From the sequence record DRR723986_3397: a stretch of 40,019 nucleotides of DNA, one strand, 5' to 3'. Of the stretch, positions 28,884 to 38,217 are shown piece by piece. Below the pieces are notes generated by a model. It was not told the DNA's origin. It was given only the letters and a program-made list of their open reading frames with translations, and did not search any database. Made by a program: the position numbers and the translations under genes. Position 1 is the first letter of the stretch. Each line of letters starts with the position of its first letter.

Positions 28884-30752
28884 ATGGCTGGCTCCCCACC
28901 ATTGGTCTCAACCCATACGGGCGCTGTTGCGCCAGTTCAATCAAGGTACTCTCCCGACAAAGACGATTTTTCATTGCAAAAATGCCGGGCACACACCATT
29001 CGCAAGGCGAATTACAAATCGTTGGGCAATGGGCAACTGGTTCGCACGGGCTGGCAATCCAGGCTGAGGGCATGGGTTGAGGGTAACAATGCAGACCAGC
29101 GCTATCACCGGGTGGCTTATGAAAGCAGCCAGCGGGTGTCGGCGGCACTTTTCTCAGAACAATACAAATGCGCATGCGAGGGTAAACCGGCGAATGTTTC
29201 AAGCAGCCCATTGGTCAAGGCGCGTTTTTACAGGCAAGACAACTTGCGGTTCAACCCGCAACTACGTCACCCCGGGTTTGGTCTGTCCACACAGGATCAA
29301 CGCGCAGTCAAGCTTTCCAGATGGGCCCATTACGCCAATGGCGTGACGGAGCTGGGCGCAGCACCCACCGGGTTGTTGCTCAAGATCAGCAAAATATGGT
29401 TCACGCCAAAGCAGGATGACAAGTCCTTTACAAGTCAATTGCGCGTGCTTGCGGTATTGCCTGTGGTTGCGGGAATTGTCGCGTTGTTCTCCCGCGGAGC
29501 ATTCATCGAAGGCATGCACAAGGCGCTCAACAATGTGAAACAGGCCTTGCAAACCGATATGCGCGCGCTGGCTTGTAGCTTCAGCGCCATATCCGCAGTG
29601 TCTGCTTTGGTTTCGCTGGCCCTGGGGGCAGGTAGTTGTCTCGCTGGCTCAAGGTCGAACCTGAGCAGTGCGGTCACGGATCTGATTCAGTTCAACAAGG
29701 ACAGGCACCTTCACCGTGTTTTTTTATTGCTGAACGATGTGAAAGACAAGCCTGGTGCAGCCTTGCTGCTTTCCAGGGCTTTGCGGCAAAAGATCGGGCA
29801 AAAGTATTGCACGGGTGATGGGACTCCCATTCTTTTGAATCGTTTACTGAGCAATCTACGTGGCAAGCAGAATGAGGTGGAAGTTAAACGGGCCATTGAA
29901 AGGACGATTGGATCTTACCTGACAGAATGGAGTCCTTGGGGTAGCACACCGGGCCGTTTTCTGGATCCCAAGTCTGACAAAGCTGAACTGTTGGCCCGTG
30001 AGAATCATTTTCTTGCCTTGACCAATCTGGTTGAGCATTCCGCCGTTCATGCGGATCCTCACAAGAAATTCATGGACATTCGTCACCACATTGAAAGTGG
30101 GGCAGAGAAGTTGCGAAAGCGTATTCTGGAGGGTCCTGGTAGTTTGCTCAATGTGCTTGGTTCTGCCCGGAAAGACACACAGGGTTCTGGCTCTTTGTTA
30201 GGGCACCCGGCGACAGGACTGCGTTACAGCGCAGAGAACATTTTGACTAATCCACATCAGTATGGACCGTTGACCCGTGGCTTGGCGAAGTTTTCAGAGG
30301 GTTTGAGGGTGTTTAATCACGGCGTCCTTTTGTCTCTCAACTACCAGTTGACTCGCCCAATTGCTAAGCTGGCGGGTTACATCACGGAAACTGCACTTAA
30401 ACGGCCCAACTCCCGTGTGACCAGTTTTAGCATTGGCAGGGCGATCGCCAGCTCGATCTGGGCAGCCGTCGATGCGTTTTTGATACTTTCTTTGGCAGCT
30501 GGCAATGGCGTGGCCTTGGGCGGACCTGAGGCCGCAACCAAGGTGAAGTTTCCGCTCAATATTCCGTTTGGGTCTATCAGCCTGGGAGTCTCCATTATTA
30601 GCACAGCCGCACAAATGCTGGTCGTGGCTCTACCGGCCGCTATTTTAATGGGGGCTGCAAAAGGTGCTTGTTACATTGAAGGTTGGAATGGAAATACAGC
30701 AAGACCACTGGACGTGATTGGCAGTCGACGACGGTCAGTCGCCTGGATTTGA
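28884..30752 (+). CDS. Orphan 622-aa protein with several hydrophobic segments
   Basis: Long ORF with AAGGAAG RBS and a downstream terminator; two paired hydrophobic regions; no family recognised. Confidence 0.75.
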   Translation: MAGSPPLVSTHTGAVAPVQSRYSPDKDDFSLQKCRAHTIRKANYKSLGNGQLVRTGWQSRLRAWVEGNNADQRYHRVAYESSQRVSAALFSEQYKCACEGKPANVSSSPLVKARFYRQDNLRFNPQLRHPGFGLSTQDQRAVKLSRWAHYANGVTELGAAPTGLLLKISKIWFTPKQDDKSFTSQLRVLAVLPVVAGIVALFSRGAFIEGMHKALNNVKQALQTDMRALACSFSAISAVSALVSLALGAGSCLAGSRSNLSSAVTDLIQFNKDRHLHRVFLLLNDVKDKPGAALLLSRALRQKIGQKYCTGDGTPILLNRLLSNLRGKQNEVEVKRAIERTIGSYLTEWSPWGSTPGRFLDPKSDKAELLARENHFLALTNLVEHSAVHADPHKKFMDIRHHIESGAEKLRKRILEGPGSLLNVLGSARKDTQGSGSLLGHPATGLRYSAENILTNPHQYGPLTRGLAKFSEGLRVFNHGVLLSLNYQLTRPIAKLAGYITETALKRPNSRVTSFSIGRAIASSIWAAVDAFLILSLAAGNGVALGGPEAATKVKFPLNIPFGSISLGVSIISTAAQMLVVALPAAILMGAAKGACYIEGWNGNTARPLDVIGSRRRSVAWI

Positions 30753-30765
30753 AAACGACAGACAT

Positions 30766-30793
30766 AAAAAAAGCCGCCCTCGGGCGGCTTTTT
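30766..30793. terminator. Bidirectional intrinsic terminator
   Basis: AAAAAAAGCCGCCC-TC-GGGCGGCTTTTT between convergent genes. Confidence 0.9.
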
Positions 30794-30809
30794 CACGTAG
30801 ACGCGAGTA

Positions 30810-31019
30810 TTACAGCGCAGTTACGTTTTCAGCTTGTGGGCCTTTCTGACCTTGAGTCACAGTGAAAGACACTTTCTGGCCTTCAGCCAAGGTTTTGAAG
30901 CCGTTGCCCTGAATGGCGCTGAAGTGTACGAACACGTCAGGACCGTTTTCACGGGAAATGAAGCCAAAGCCTTTGGATTCGTTGAAAAATTTAACTTGAC
31001 CGGTTACGGTATCAGACAT
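30810..31019 (-). CDS. Cold-shock protein (CspA family), 69 aa
   Basis: RNP1 KGFGFI, RNP2 [18 protein letters not shown] at 31019. Confidence 0.96.
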   Translation of the reverse strand: MSDTVTGQVKFFNESKGFGFISRENGPDVFVHFSAIQGNGFKTLAEGQKVSFTVTQGQKGPQAENVTAL

Positions 31020-31197
31020 AGCAATATCCTGGATTTCTGAATTGAACAAAATAGCTAAAAAACTGGGTGAAATTCGAGAAACAGAACTATTGCTTAAGCG
31101 GTTTGCCTGAATTGAACTGACCTGAAGTAGCGCCAAATTTTTTTTGCTGAAGTCAGTTTAGGCTTTTCCTGATGCTTGTCAAGCAACATTTTCAGTT

Positions 31198-31237
31198 CAG
31201 TCACCTTTTCTTCATATTTCTTTTATAGCTCTGTCAC
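31198..31237 (+). promoter_or_regulatory. Candidate tandem Pho boxes upstream of the olsB-like gene
   Basis: Heptamers CAGTCAC, TCTTCAT, CTTTTAT and CTGTCAC at exact 11-bp spacing (31198, 31209, 31220, 31231). Confidence 0.55.
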
Positions 31238-31273
31238 ATGCAGTCCGTACATTTCGTGTCATCGAAATGACAA

Positions 31274-32074
31274 ATGGACCCTTGGATGGAAGCGATCAAG
31301 CACGATGTCACCAAGCAAGATGCCTTGAGAAATGCCCTGTATCTCAGCACGCCGGCGCGTGCACAGGCTCCTTCGCTGGAGGTTTGTCTGGCGAAAACAG
31401 CTGCTGAGGTGCTGGAAGCCCAAAAACTACGTTTCAACATTTTTTCTGAAGAATATGGTGCAGATCTGGGTAGTAACGGGATTGATCATGATGTGTTTGA
31501 TGCCTACTGTGATCACCTTCTTGTAAGAAACAGCCAAACTGGCGAAGTTGTAGGCACTTACCGAATTCTTGCCCCAGAGAACGCCGCGCGCCTGAAATGC
31601 TGGTATTCGGAAACCGAGTTTTTCATGAACCGGATTGAACGGCTTCGCAAAACAACGGTAGAGGTGGGTAGGTCTTGCGTACATCCAGACTACCGCAATG
31701 GTGCTGCCATCATGTTGTTGTGGAGTGGTATCGCCCAATACATGAAGTTGGGTGGCTACAAACACCTGATTGGATGCGCCAGTGTGAGCCTGCGCGACGG
31801 TGGACATCAGGCCGCCAGCCTGTTCAAGCAGCTTGAACCGCATCTGGCCGAAGCCAGTTGCCAGGTTTTCCCCAAAAACCGCTTGCCTGTCGAACGTTTG
31901 CGTTGCGATGTGGAAATCGAGCCACCACCCTTGGTGAAAGGATACTTGCGTCTTGGCGCCGTGGTGTGTGGTGAGCCTGCATGGGATCCGGATTTCAACA
32001 CCGCAGACTTCATGATGCTGTTGTCAATTGATCGCATGAGCCCGCGTTACGCGAGACATTTCGGCTTTATTTGA
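31274..32074 (+). CDS. olsB: GNAT acyltransferase, ornithine-lipid N-acyltransferase OlsB-like
   Basis: AQKLRFNIFSEE, DVFDAYCDHLLV, VVGTYR, EVGRSCVHPDYR, PPLVKGYLRLGA, DPDFNTAD. Confidence 0.75.
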   Translation: MDPWMEAIKHDVTKQDALRNALYLSTPARAQAPSLEVCLAKTAAEVLEAQKLRFNIFSEEYGADLGSNGIDHDVFDAYCDHLLVRNSQTGEVVGTYRILAPENAARLKCWYSETEFFMNRIERLRKTTVEVGRSCVHPDYRNGAAIMLLWSGIAQYMKLGGYKHLIGCASVSLRDGGHQAASLFKQLEPHLAEASCQVFPKNRLPVERLRCDVEIEPPPLVKGYLRLGAVVCGEPAWDPDFNTADFMMLLSIDRMSPRYARHFGFI

Positions 32075-32100
32075 TCAAGTTTGATGCAGTGGCGCCCGGC

Positions 32101-33600
32101 TTAGCGCCGGGTGAGCAACTCAAGCTGCAGTCCGATTCTCTGCCACTGTTCAACTTCGGTTTCCAGGCTGTATTGGGTTAATGGATGGGTGATCAGCCAG
32201 TTTTTGGGGACACTCATTTGAATGCCTTGTTCAAGCAATTTCACCTTGAGTTCCGGTAAAGCCTCGACTTCCCGGCGACGCAAAAACAGCGCAGCCAGGC
32301 GCAAGCACATTGGCGCCGCCCAATGAATTGCAGTGTTGGCGATGTCGCTGACTTTGCCAAGTTTCCCGTTGTGAGCCAACACCCAGGTTGACAGCAGCTG
32401 TTGCTCACGTTTGGAAAACCCGGGCATGTCCGCATTGCTGAGAATGTATGCAGCGTGTTTGTGGTGGCCGTTGTGACCGATCGACAAGCCAATTTCGTGC
32501 AACATGGCGGCCCAATGCAGCATGGGTAGTTGATCTTTCAACTCGGGCATCTGCTTCATGAGCTGTTTAAACAATAGTTCGGCAAGTACTTTGACTTTCC
32601 CGGCATGTTTACTGTCGATTTTGTATCGATGCAGAAATTGGGCTACCGTGATTTCGCGCATGTCCTCGTTGTGCTGACGGCCCAGCATGTCATAGAGCAA
32701 ACCTTGGCGCAGTGCGCCATCGGTCACATCCATGTGCTCGATTTCAAGCTCTTCAAATACTGCACTCATCACAGCCAGTCCGCCTGGCATCATCGGCAGG
32801 CGATCCACTTTCAATCCCTCCAACGTGATGTTGTCGAGATGCCCAGCTGCAGTGAGGTGTTCACGAATCAAGCGCAGACCCTCTGCGGACATGCCATGTT
32901 GTGTGAATCCGTTGGAAATACAAATTTCAGCCAAGGCTCGGGCTGTGCCCGAGGAGCCAATGGCGTGGGTCCAACCCATGTCCAGCATTTGCCTGCGCAG
33001 CACCGCGACTTCCTTGCGGGCTGCCATGACTGCGTTTTTCATCGCGCGGGGACTGATGCTGCCATCTGCAAAATACTGTTGAGCCGTGCTGACGCAGCCA
33101 ATGTACAAGCTCTCCATGGCCTCGGGTTCATAGTCTTCACCAATGATGAATTCTGTAGAGCCGCCACCAATGTCGACCACCAGGCGTTTGCCCTGACCAA
33201 TCGGCAATTGATGGGCCACTCCGCAGTACACCAAGCGAGCCTCTTCCACACCTGAAATGACATCGATCGGGAACCCGAGGGCAGCCTCTGCTTTGGCAAT
33301 AAATTCGACAGCATTTCGAGCCACACGCACGGCGTTGGTGGCCACGGCGCGTACCTCACCCGGCTTGAATGAACGCAGACGCTCACCAAAACGGCTCAGT
33401 GCACCCAAAGCGCGCTCTTGGGAGTCATCGTCCAGATATTTCTGGGCGTTCAGCCCCGCACCCAAGCGAACTGGTTCGCGCAGGGTGTCGATGATGTAAA
33501 TTTGAGATTGACCGTTGAGTTCTTCTACCCGGGCAACAATCATTCGAAAGCTGCTCGAACCCATGTCTACGGCGGCAATCAACTGGCGTTGCTTGGACAT
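32101..33600 (-). CDS. ppx: Exopolyphosphatase Ppx/GppA
   Basis: AAVDMGSSSFRM, ISGVEEARL, DIGGGSTE, GSSGT, HD-like LHEIG; divergent from ppk1. Confidence 0.95.
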   Translation of the reverse strand: MSKQRQLIAAVDMGSSSFRMIVARVEELNGQSQIYIIDTLREPVRLGAGLNAQKYLDDDSQERALGALSRFGERLRSFKPGEVRAVATNAVRVARNAVEFIAKAEAALGFPIDVISGVEEARLVYCGVAHQLPIGQGKRLVVDIGGGSTEFIIGEDYEPEAMESLYIGCVSTAQQYFADGSISPRAMKNAVMAARKEVAVLRRQMLDMGWTHAIGSSGTARALAEICISNGFTQHGMSAEGLRLIREHLTAAGHLDNITLEGLKVDRLPMMPGGLAVMSAVFEELEIEHMDVTDGALRQGLLYDMLGRQHNEDMREITVAQFLHRYKIDSKHAGKVKVLAELLFKQLMKQMPELKDQLPMLHWAAMLHEIGLSIGHNGHHKHAAYILSNADMPGFSKREQQLLSTWVLAHNGKLGKVSDIANTAIHWAAPMCLRLAALFLRRREVEALPELKVKLLEQGIQMSVPKNWLITHPLTQYSLETEVEQWQRIGLQLELLTRR

Positions 33601-33678
33601 TGTTTGTTCTGTGTTTCAGGTCAGGCGCTAGGATGCCACAAATGCAGCACACTGGCTTTGTTTGTAGCCATTTGACCA

Positions 33679-33707
33679 CTTTCAAATGTTTGTCACAATT
33701 TTGAAAT
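33679..33707 (+). promoter_or_regulatory. Possible Pho box in the ppx/ppk1 divergent promoter
   Basis: CTTTCAA, TTGTCAC and TTGAAAT at 11-bp spacing. Confidence 0.35.
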
Positions 33708-33732
33708 ACCATCAAGGGTAACGCATCCACAT

Positions 33733-35889
33733 TTGGAGTTTTGCTTGAAAGTAGCCGCTGTCTCTGACGTAGCACCCAATAAAGAATTGTTTTTGAACCG
33801 CGAGTTGGGCGTTTTGGCCTTCAACCGCAGGGTTTTGGCCATGGCAGAAGACCAAAGTGTGCCATTGCTGGAGCGTTTGAAATACCTGTGTATTGTGTCC
33901 AGCAATATGGACGAGTTTTTTGAAATTCGCGTGTCGGGATTGCAGGAACAAATCCGGCAGAACCCTGAATTCAAGGACAAAGACGGGCTGAGCGCCCTGG
34001 AAACCCTGCACAAGGTGTCTTTGGCATCGCAGGAAATTGTGGAGCAGCAATACCGTTTGCTTAATGAGTCAGTGCTGCCCGCCATGCGGGACGAGGGCAT
34101 CGCCTTGATGACTCTGGCGACCTGGAATGAAGAGCAGGCACATTGGGCGCGTCAGTATTTCAGGCATGAAGTGTTACCTGTGTTGACGCCCATTGGACTG
34201 GACCCGGCACACCCGTTTCCACGTGTGTTGAACAAGTCCCTGAACTTCGCCGTCGAGCTGACCGGTCACGACGCTTTCGGGCGCGCATCGAATGTGGCCA
34301 TTGTGCAGGCGCCGCGGGCCTTGCCAAGACTTATTCGCATGCCCTCCAATTTATCGGGTTACGAGCATGGTTTTGTCATGTTGACGTCGATTCTGCAGGC
34401 TTTTATTCCCGAGTTGTTCCCGGGTATGGAGGTGCATGGCGTGTACCAGTTTCGCGTTACCCGCAATAGCGATCTGTATGTGGATGAAGAAGAAATCACC
34501 AACTTGCGAGTTGCTTTGCAGGGTGAATTGTCGCAACGACATTTCGGGGATGCAGTTCGCCTTGAGGTAAGTGATCAGACCTCGCCTGACATGACCGCCC
34601 GCTTGTTGAAGGAGTTCGGACTGCCGGAGCAGGCCCTGTACAGGGTCAACGGTCCCGTGAATCTGGTTCGCCTGATGCAGCTACCTGATTGGGTGGATCG
34701 TCCCGATTTGAAATTTGCGCCTTTCGCACCTGGACGCCCGGACGCGTTGGTCAAGCAACCCGATATTTTCAAGGCAATTCAAAAAGGTGATGTGCTGTTG
34801 CACCACCCGTATCAAAGTTTCAGCCCAGTGCTGGAATTCATCAAAAAAGCGGCCACTGATCCTGATGTGGTGGCGATCAAGCAAACCATTTACCGCACGG
34901 GTACCGAATCGGTTCTGATGGACAGCCTGTTGGCTGCCGCGCGCAGTGGCAAGGAAGTGACCGTGGTGCTGGAGCTGATGGCCCGTTTCGATGAAGAAGC
35001 CAACATCAATTGGGCCTCAAAACTGGAGCGCGTAGGTGCCCATGTGGTGTATGGCGTGGTTGGCCAGAAAACACACGCGAAAATGTTGATGGTGGTTCGC
35101 CGTGAAAAAACTGAAACAGGCAAAGTGGTGCTGCGCCGCTATGTGCACCTGGGTACAGGCAATTACCACCCAAAAACAGCGCGTCTGTACACTGACTTTG
35201 GTTTGTTTTCCTGCGATGAATCGTTGGGCCACGACGTGCACGAGGTGTTCAATCACCTGACTGGTTTGGGCCGTGCCCGCAAGTTGAACAAAATATGGAA
35301 TTCACCATTCAATTTGCACAGCAATGTAGTGATCGCTGTGCGCAAAGAAGCCGAACTGGCCAAGGCTGGCAAAAAGAGCAGAATCATGGCGCGCATGAAT
35401 GCCTTGCTGGAGCCACACCTGATCAATGAACTGTATGCCGCATCACAGGCCGGGGTGAAAATTGATTTGATTGTGCGGGGAGTTTGTGCGCTGCGCCCGG
35501 GCGTACCAGGCTTGAGCGACAACATTACCGTGCGTTCAGTGGTTGGCCGCTTGCTGGAGCACAGCCGAGTATTTTATTTCAGCAACGACGGTGAAGAAGA
35601 GGTGTACATCTCCAGCGCCGACTGGATGGACCGCAACTTCTTCCGTCGCGTTGAGTTGGCCGTGCCAGTTACAGACAAAAAACTGAAGAAGCGGGTAATC
35701 GACGAGGGTTTGAAGGCTTTACTGGCCGATAACATCTTGGCTTGGACTATGGATTCCAACGGCAATTATGTGCGCCGAAAGCCAACAGGCGCACGCCGAA
35801 TGAATTCACAGAATTATTTGTTGAGTACGCTTGCAGCCAGTTTCACTGAGCACATCCCATCGAGCGACCCAGTGACGTCGGTCTCATAG
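33733..35889 (+). CDS. ppk1: Polyphosphate kinase 1 (start uncertain)
   Basis: FLNREL, SSNMDEFFEIRV, LLHHPYQSF, ARFDEEANI, KTHAK, GTGNY, SSADWMDRN. Confidence 0.98.
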   Translation: MEFCLKVAAVSDVAPNKELFLNRELGVLAFNRRVLAMAEDQSVPLLERLKYLCIVSSNMDEFFEIRVSGLQEQIRQNPEFKDKDGLSALETLHKVSLASQEIVEQQYRLLNESVLPAMRDEGIALMTLATWNEEQAHWARQYFRHEVLPVLTPIGLDPAHPFPRVLNKSLNFAVELTGHDAFGRASNVAIVQAPRALPRLIRMPSNLSGYEHGFVMLTSILQAFIPELFPGMEVHGVYQFRVTRNSDLYVDEEEITNLRVALQGELSQRHFGDAVRLEVSDQTSPDMTARLLKEFGLPEQALYRVNGPVNLVRLMQLPDWVDRPDLKFAPFAPGRPDALVKQPDIFKAIQKGDVLLHHPYQSFSPVLEFIKKAATDPDVVAIKQTIYRTGTESVLMDSLLAAARSGKEVTVVLELMARFDEEANINWASKLERVGAHVVYGVVGQKTHAKMLMVVRREKTETGKVVLRRYVHLGTGNYHPKTARLYTDFGLFSCDESLGHDVHEVFNHLTGLGRARKLNKIWNSPFNLHSNVVIAVRKEAELAKAGKKSRIMARMNALLEPHLINELYAASQAGVKIDLIVRGVCALRPGVPGLSDNITVRSVVGRLLEHSRVFYFSNDGEEEVYISSADWMDRNFFRRVELAVPVTDKKLKKRVIDEGLKALLADNILAWTMDSNGNYVRRKPTGARRMNSQNYLLSTLAASFTEHIPSSDPVTSVS

Positions 35890-35892
35890 GTT

Positions 35893-38187
35893 CTAACGCC
35901 GCCGCACTTCAAATACACCGTTGATTTCCAGCAGGTGAGTCAGTGCTCCGCGCAACTGCTCACCACTGCTCACCTCGGCGGTGAATTGCATTTTGGCAAT
36001 GCCGCGTTGTGTTTCAGTTTGTACGCCAATCACATTGATTTTGTCTTTTGAAAATACTTCGGTGATATCGCGCAGCAAACCCTGCCTGTCGTTCGCGGTT
36101 ACTGCAATGTCCACGGGGTAGTGCAAGCCCGAGGACTCTCCCCAGGTGGTTTCAATCAGCCGTTCGGGTTGTCGACGCATTACCTCGGCCAGGTTGGAAC
36201 AACCAAGCCGGTGAATGGACACACCTTTGCCGCGGGTAACAAAACCAATAATCGGATCGGGTGGGGCAGGTCGGCAGCATCGCGCCAGGTTGGTCATCAA
36301 TGTGCTGACACCGACGACAAGCACACCGGACTCCTTGCCCGTTGAGTTACCCAACGAGCCTGGTTTGCGTTTGTTAAGTAACTCAACCTGCTCTTCGTCT
36401 GACAATGGCCCGGCAGGTTGCAGGTCGGGGCGCAAGGCGTTTTCAATGGCGCGGGGCCGTATTTCTTCACGAGCCAACGCGACATACAAATCATCGGGTT
36501 TTTCGTAGCCCAACTTTTGGGCCAATAGCTCCAGGTTTTGTGCGGTCTGCCCGATGCGTTGCAGTTCACGTTCAGCAATCGCACGGCCGCGTTCAAGTGT
36601 TTCCTTGCGTTCTTGCTGGGCGAACCACTGCTTTACCTTTTGACGAGCGCGGTGGCTGATCAGGTACTTTTGCGTGGGGTTCAGCCAGTCGCGGGAGGGA
36701 CCGGTGGCCGCATCACCGCGAGCACTCACAATTTCAACCGTTTGACCATTGTCCAGGGGCGTGTTCAGTTGCACCATTTGCCCGTTGACCTTGGCACCGC
36801 GGCAACGATGGCCCAATTCAGTGTGCACGTGATAAGCGAAATCCAGTGGCGTACTGCCGGTGGGCAATTCAACGACCTTGGCCTGTGGCGTGAATACGTA
36901 TACCCGGTCGTTCAGCGCGCTGGTTTTCATTTCCTGCGCCCAGTCGCTGGCTTCACCCATGGTGTCGGTGACGTCTTTTTGCCAGGCCAACAGTTGGCGT
37001 AACAAGGCAATACGCTCTTCAAACTGGCCCTCGGCTCGACTTTCGCCGGTGTAGCCATCTTTGCCCGATTCTTTGTATCGCCAGTGCGCCGCCACACCAT
37101 ATTCAGCAAACTGGTGCATGGCTTCCGTGCGAATTTGCACTTCCAGCGTTTTGCCTGTCTCGTCCTGCACCACGGTGTGCAGGCTTTGATAGCCATTGGG
37201 CTTGGGCTTGCTGATGTAGTCGTCGAATTCTTCAGGGATGGGAGTCCACAAGTTGTGGACAATGCCCAATGCGGTGTAGCAGTCATCGACTGTGTCTACA
37301 ATCACACGGCATGCACGCACGTCGTACAGCTTGTCGAAGCTGATACCCTTGCCTCGCATCTTGTTCCAGATGCTGTAAATGTGTTTCGGGCGCCCACTGA
37401 TTTCACAATGAATGCCAGCCAGCAACAAATTTTCCTTGATGCTGGCCATGGCCGATTCAATGAATGCTTCACGTTCCACGCGTTTTTCATCCAGCATCTT
37501 GGCCACGTTTTTGTACGTGTTGGGTTGCAAGATGCGGAACGACAAATCTTCGAGTTCCCACTTCAACTGCCACAGCCCCAAACGGTTGGCAAGGGGGGCA
37601 TAGAGATCGAGGGTTTCCTGCGCATGCGACACCGCATATGGCCAAAGAGGGCCTTTCTCGTTTTTGATGTCCTCGTGGCTGGTAAAGTGCCTCAAGGTTT
37701 GGAGTCGGGAACACAAACGAATCATGATGACGCGAATGTCGGTGGACATGGCCAGCAACATTTTGCGCAAGGTTTCAATTTGGTCGGCCCACCGCAGGGT
37801 TTCAATAGTGGTGCGCGTGGCGCTGGGCCCTACCATGGATCGCATTTTGAAAAGTTTGCGCAGGCTGGCCAGCATGCGGCCCACTTCATCACCGAACTTT
37901 TTCTCCATCTGGCTTTCAAGGTGTTTGTCAAAAAACACCAATGGCCCCAGGGCGCCTGCGATGCGGGTGTTGGCATCGGCGCGCAACTCCGCCAACAGGT
38001 CAGCCACAGCCAACATGTGTTGAATAGCGGGTTCTTGAGTATCCAGAATATGGTCAGCTGCGTGAAGTCGTGCGTAATTCAGTGCTTCTTCAACCCGGGC
38101 CGCGTCAAATTTGTTCAACAACACCAGGGCTGGCGCAGAAGCGCCGCCGTTTTTCTCGGAGCCCAGTGTTGATGAAACTGAAACCAT
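35893..38187 (-). CDS. relA: (p)ppGpp synthetase RelA
   Basis: Degenerate hydrolase domain (no HD), GRPKHIYSIWNKM, EFDDYI..PKPNGYQSLHT, TGS and ACT domains. Confidence 0.93.
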   Translation of the reverse strand: MVSVSSTLGSEKNGGASAPALVLLNKFDAARVEEALNYARLHAADHILDTQEPAIQHMLAVADLLAELRADANTRIAGALGPLVFFDKHLESQMEKKFGDEVGRMLASLRKLFKMRSMVGPSATRTTIETLRWADQIETLRKMLLAMSTDIRVIMIRLCSRLQTLRHFTSHEDIKNEKGPLWPYAVSHAQETLDLYAPLANRLGLWQLKWELEDLSFRILQPNTYKNVAKMLDEKRVEREAFIESAMASIKENLLLAGIHCEISGRPKHIYSIWNKMRGKGISFDKLYDVRACRVIVDTVDDCYTALGIVHNLWTPIPEEFDDYISKPKPNGYQSLHTVVQDETGKTLEVQIRTEAMHQFAEYGVAAHWRYKESGKDGYTGESRAEGQFEERIALLRQLLAWQKDVTDTMGEASDWAQEMKTSALNDRVYVFTPQAKVVELPTGSTPLDFAYHVHTELGHRCRGAKVNGQMVQLNTPLDNGQTVEIVSARGDAATGPSRDWLNPTQKYLISHRARQKVKQWFAQQERKETLERGRAIAERELQRIGQTAQNLELLAQKLGYEKPDDLYVALAREEIRPRAIENALRPDLQPAGPLSDEEQVELLNKRKPGSLGNSTGKESGVLVVGVSTLMTNLARCCRPAPPDPIIGFVTRGKGVSIHRLGCSNLAEVMRRQPERLIETTWGESSGLHYPVDIAVTANDRQGLLRDITEVFSKDKINVIGVQTETQRGIAKMQFTAEVSSGEQLRGALTHLLEINGVFEVRRR

Positions 38188-38217
38188 GTGTATTTGGGTG
38201 GATTCGTTAAGACCAGT

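Noticed and set aside
37084-38172. 362-aa antisense ORF inside relA, and similar shadows over rdgB, yicC and the hydrolase
   Set aside because: Overlap well-supported genes on the opposite strand and have non-protein-like composition
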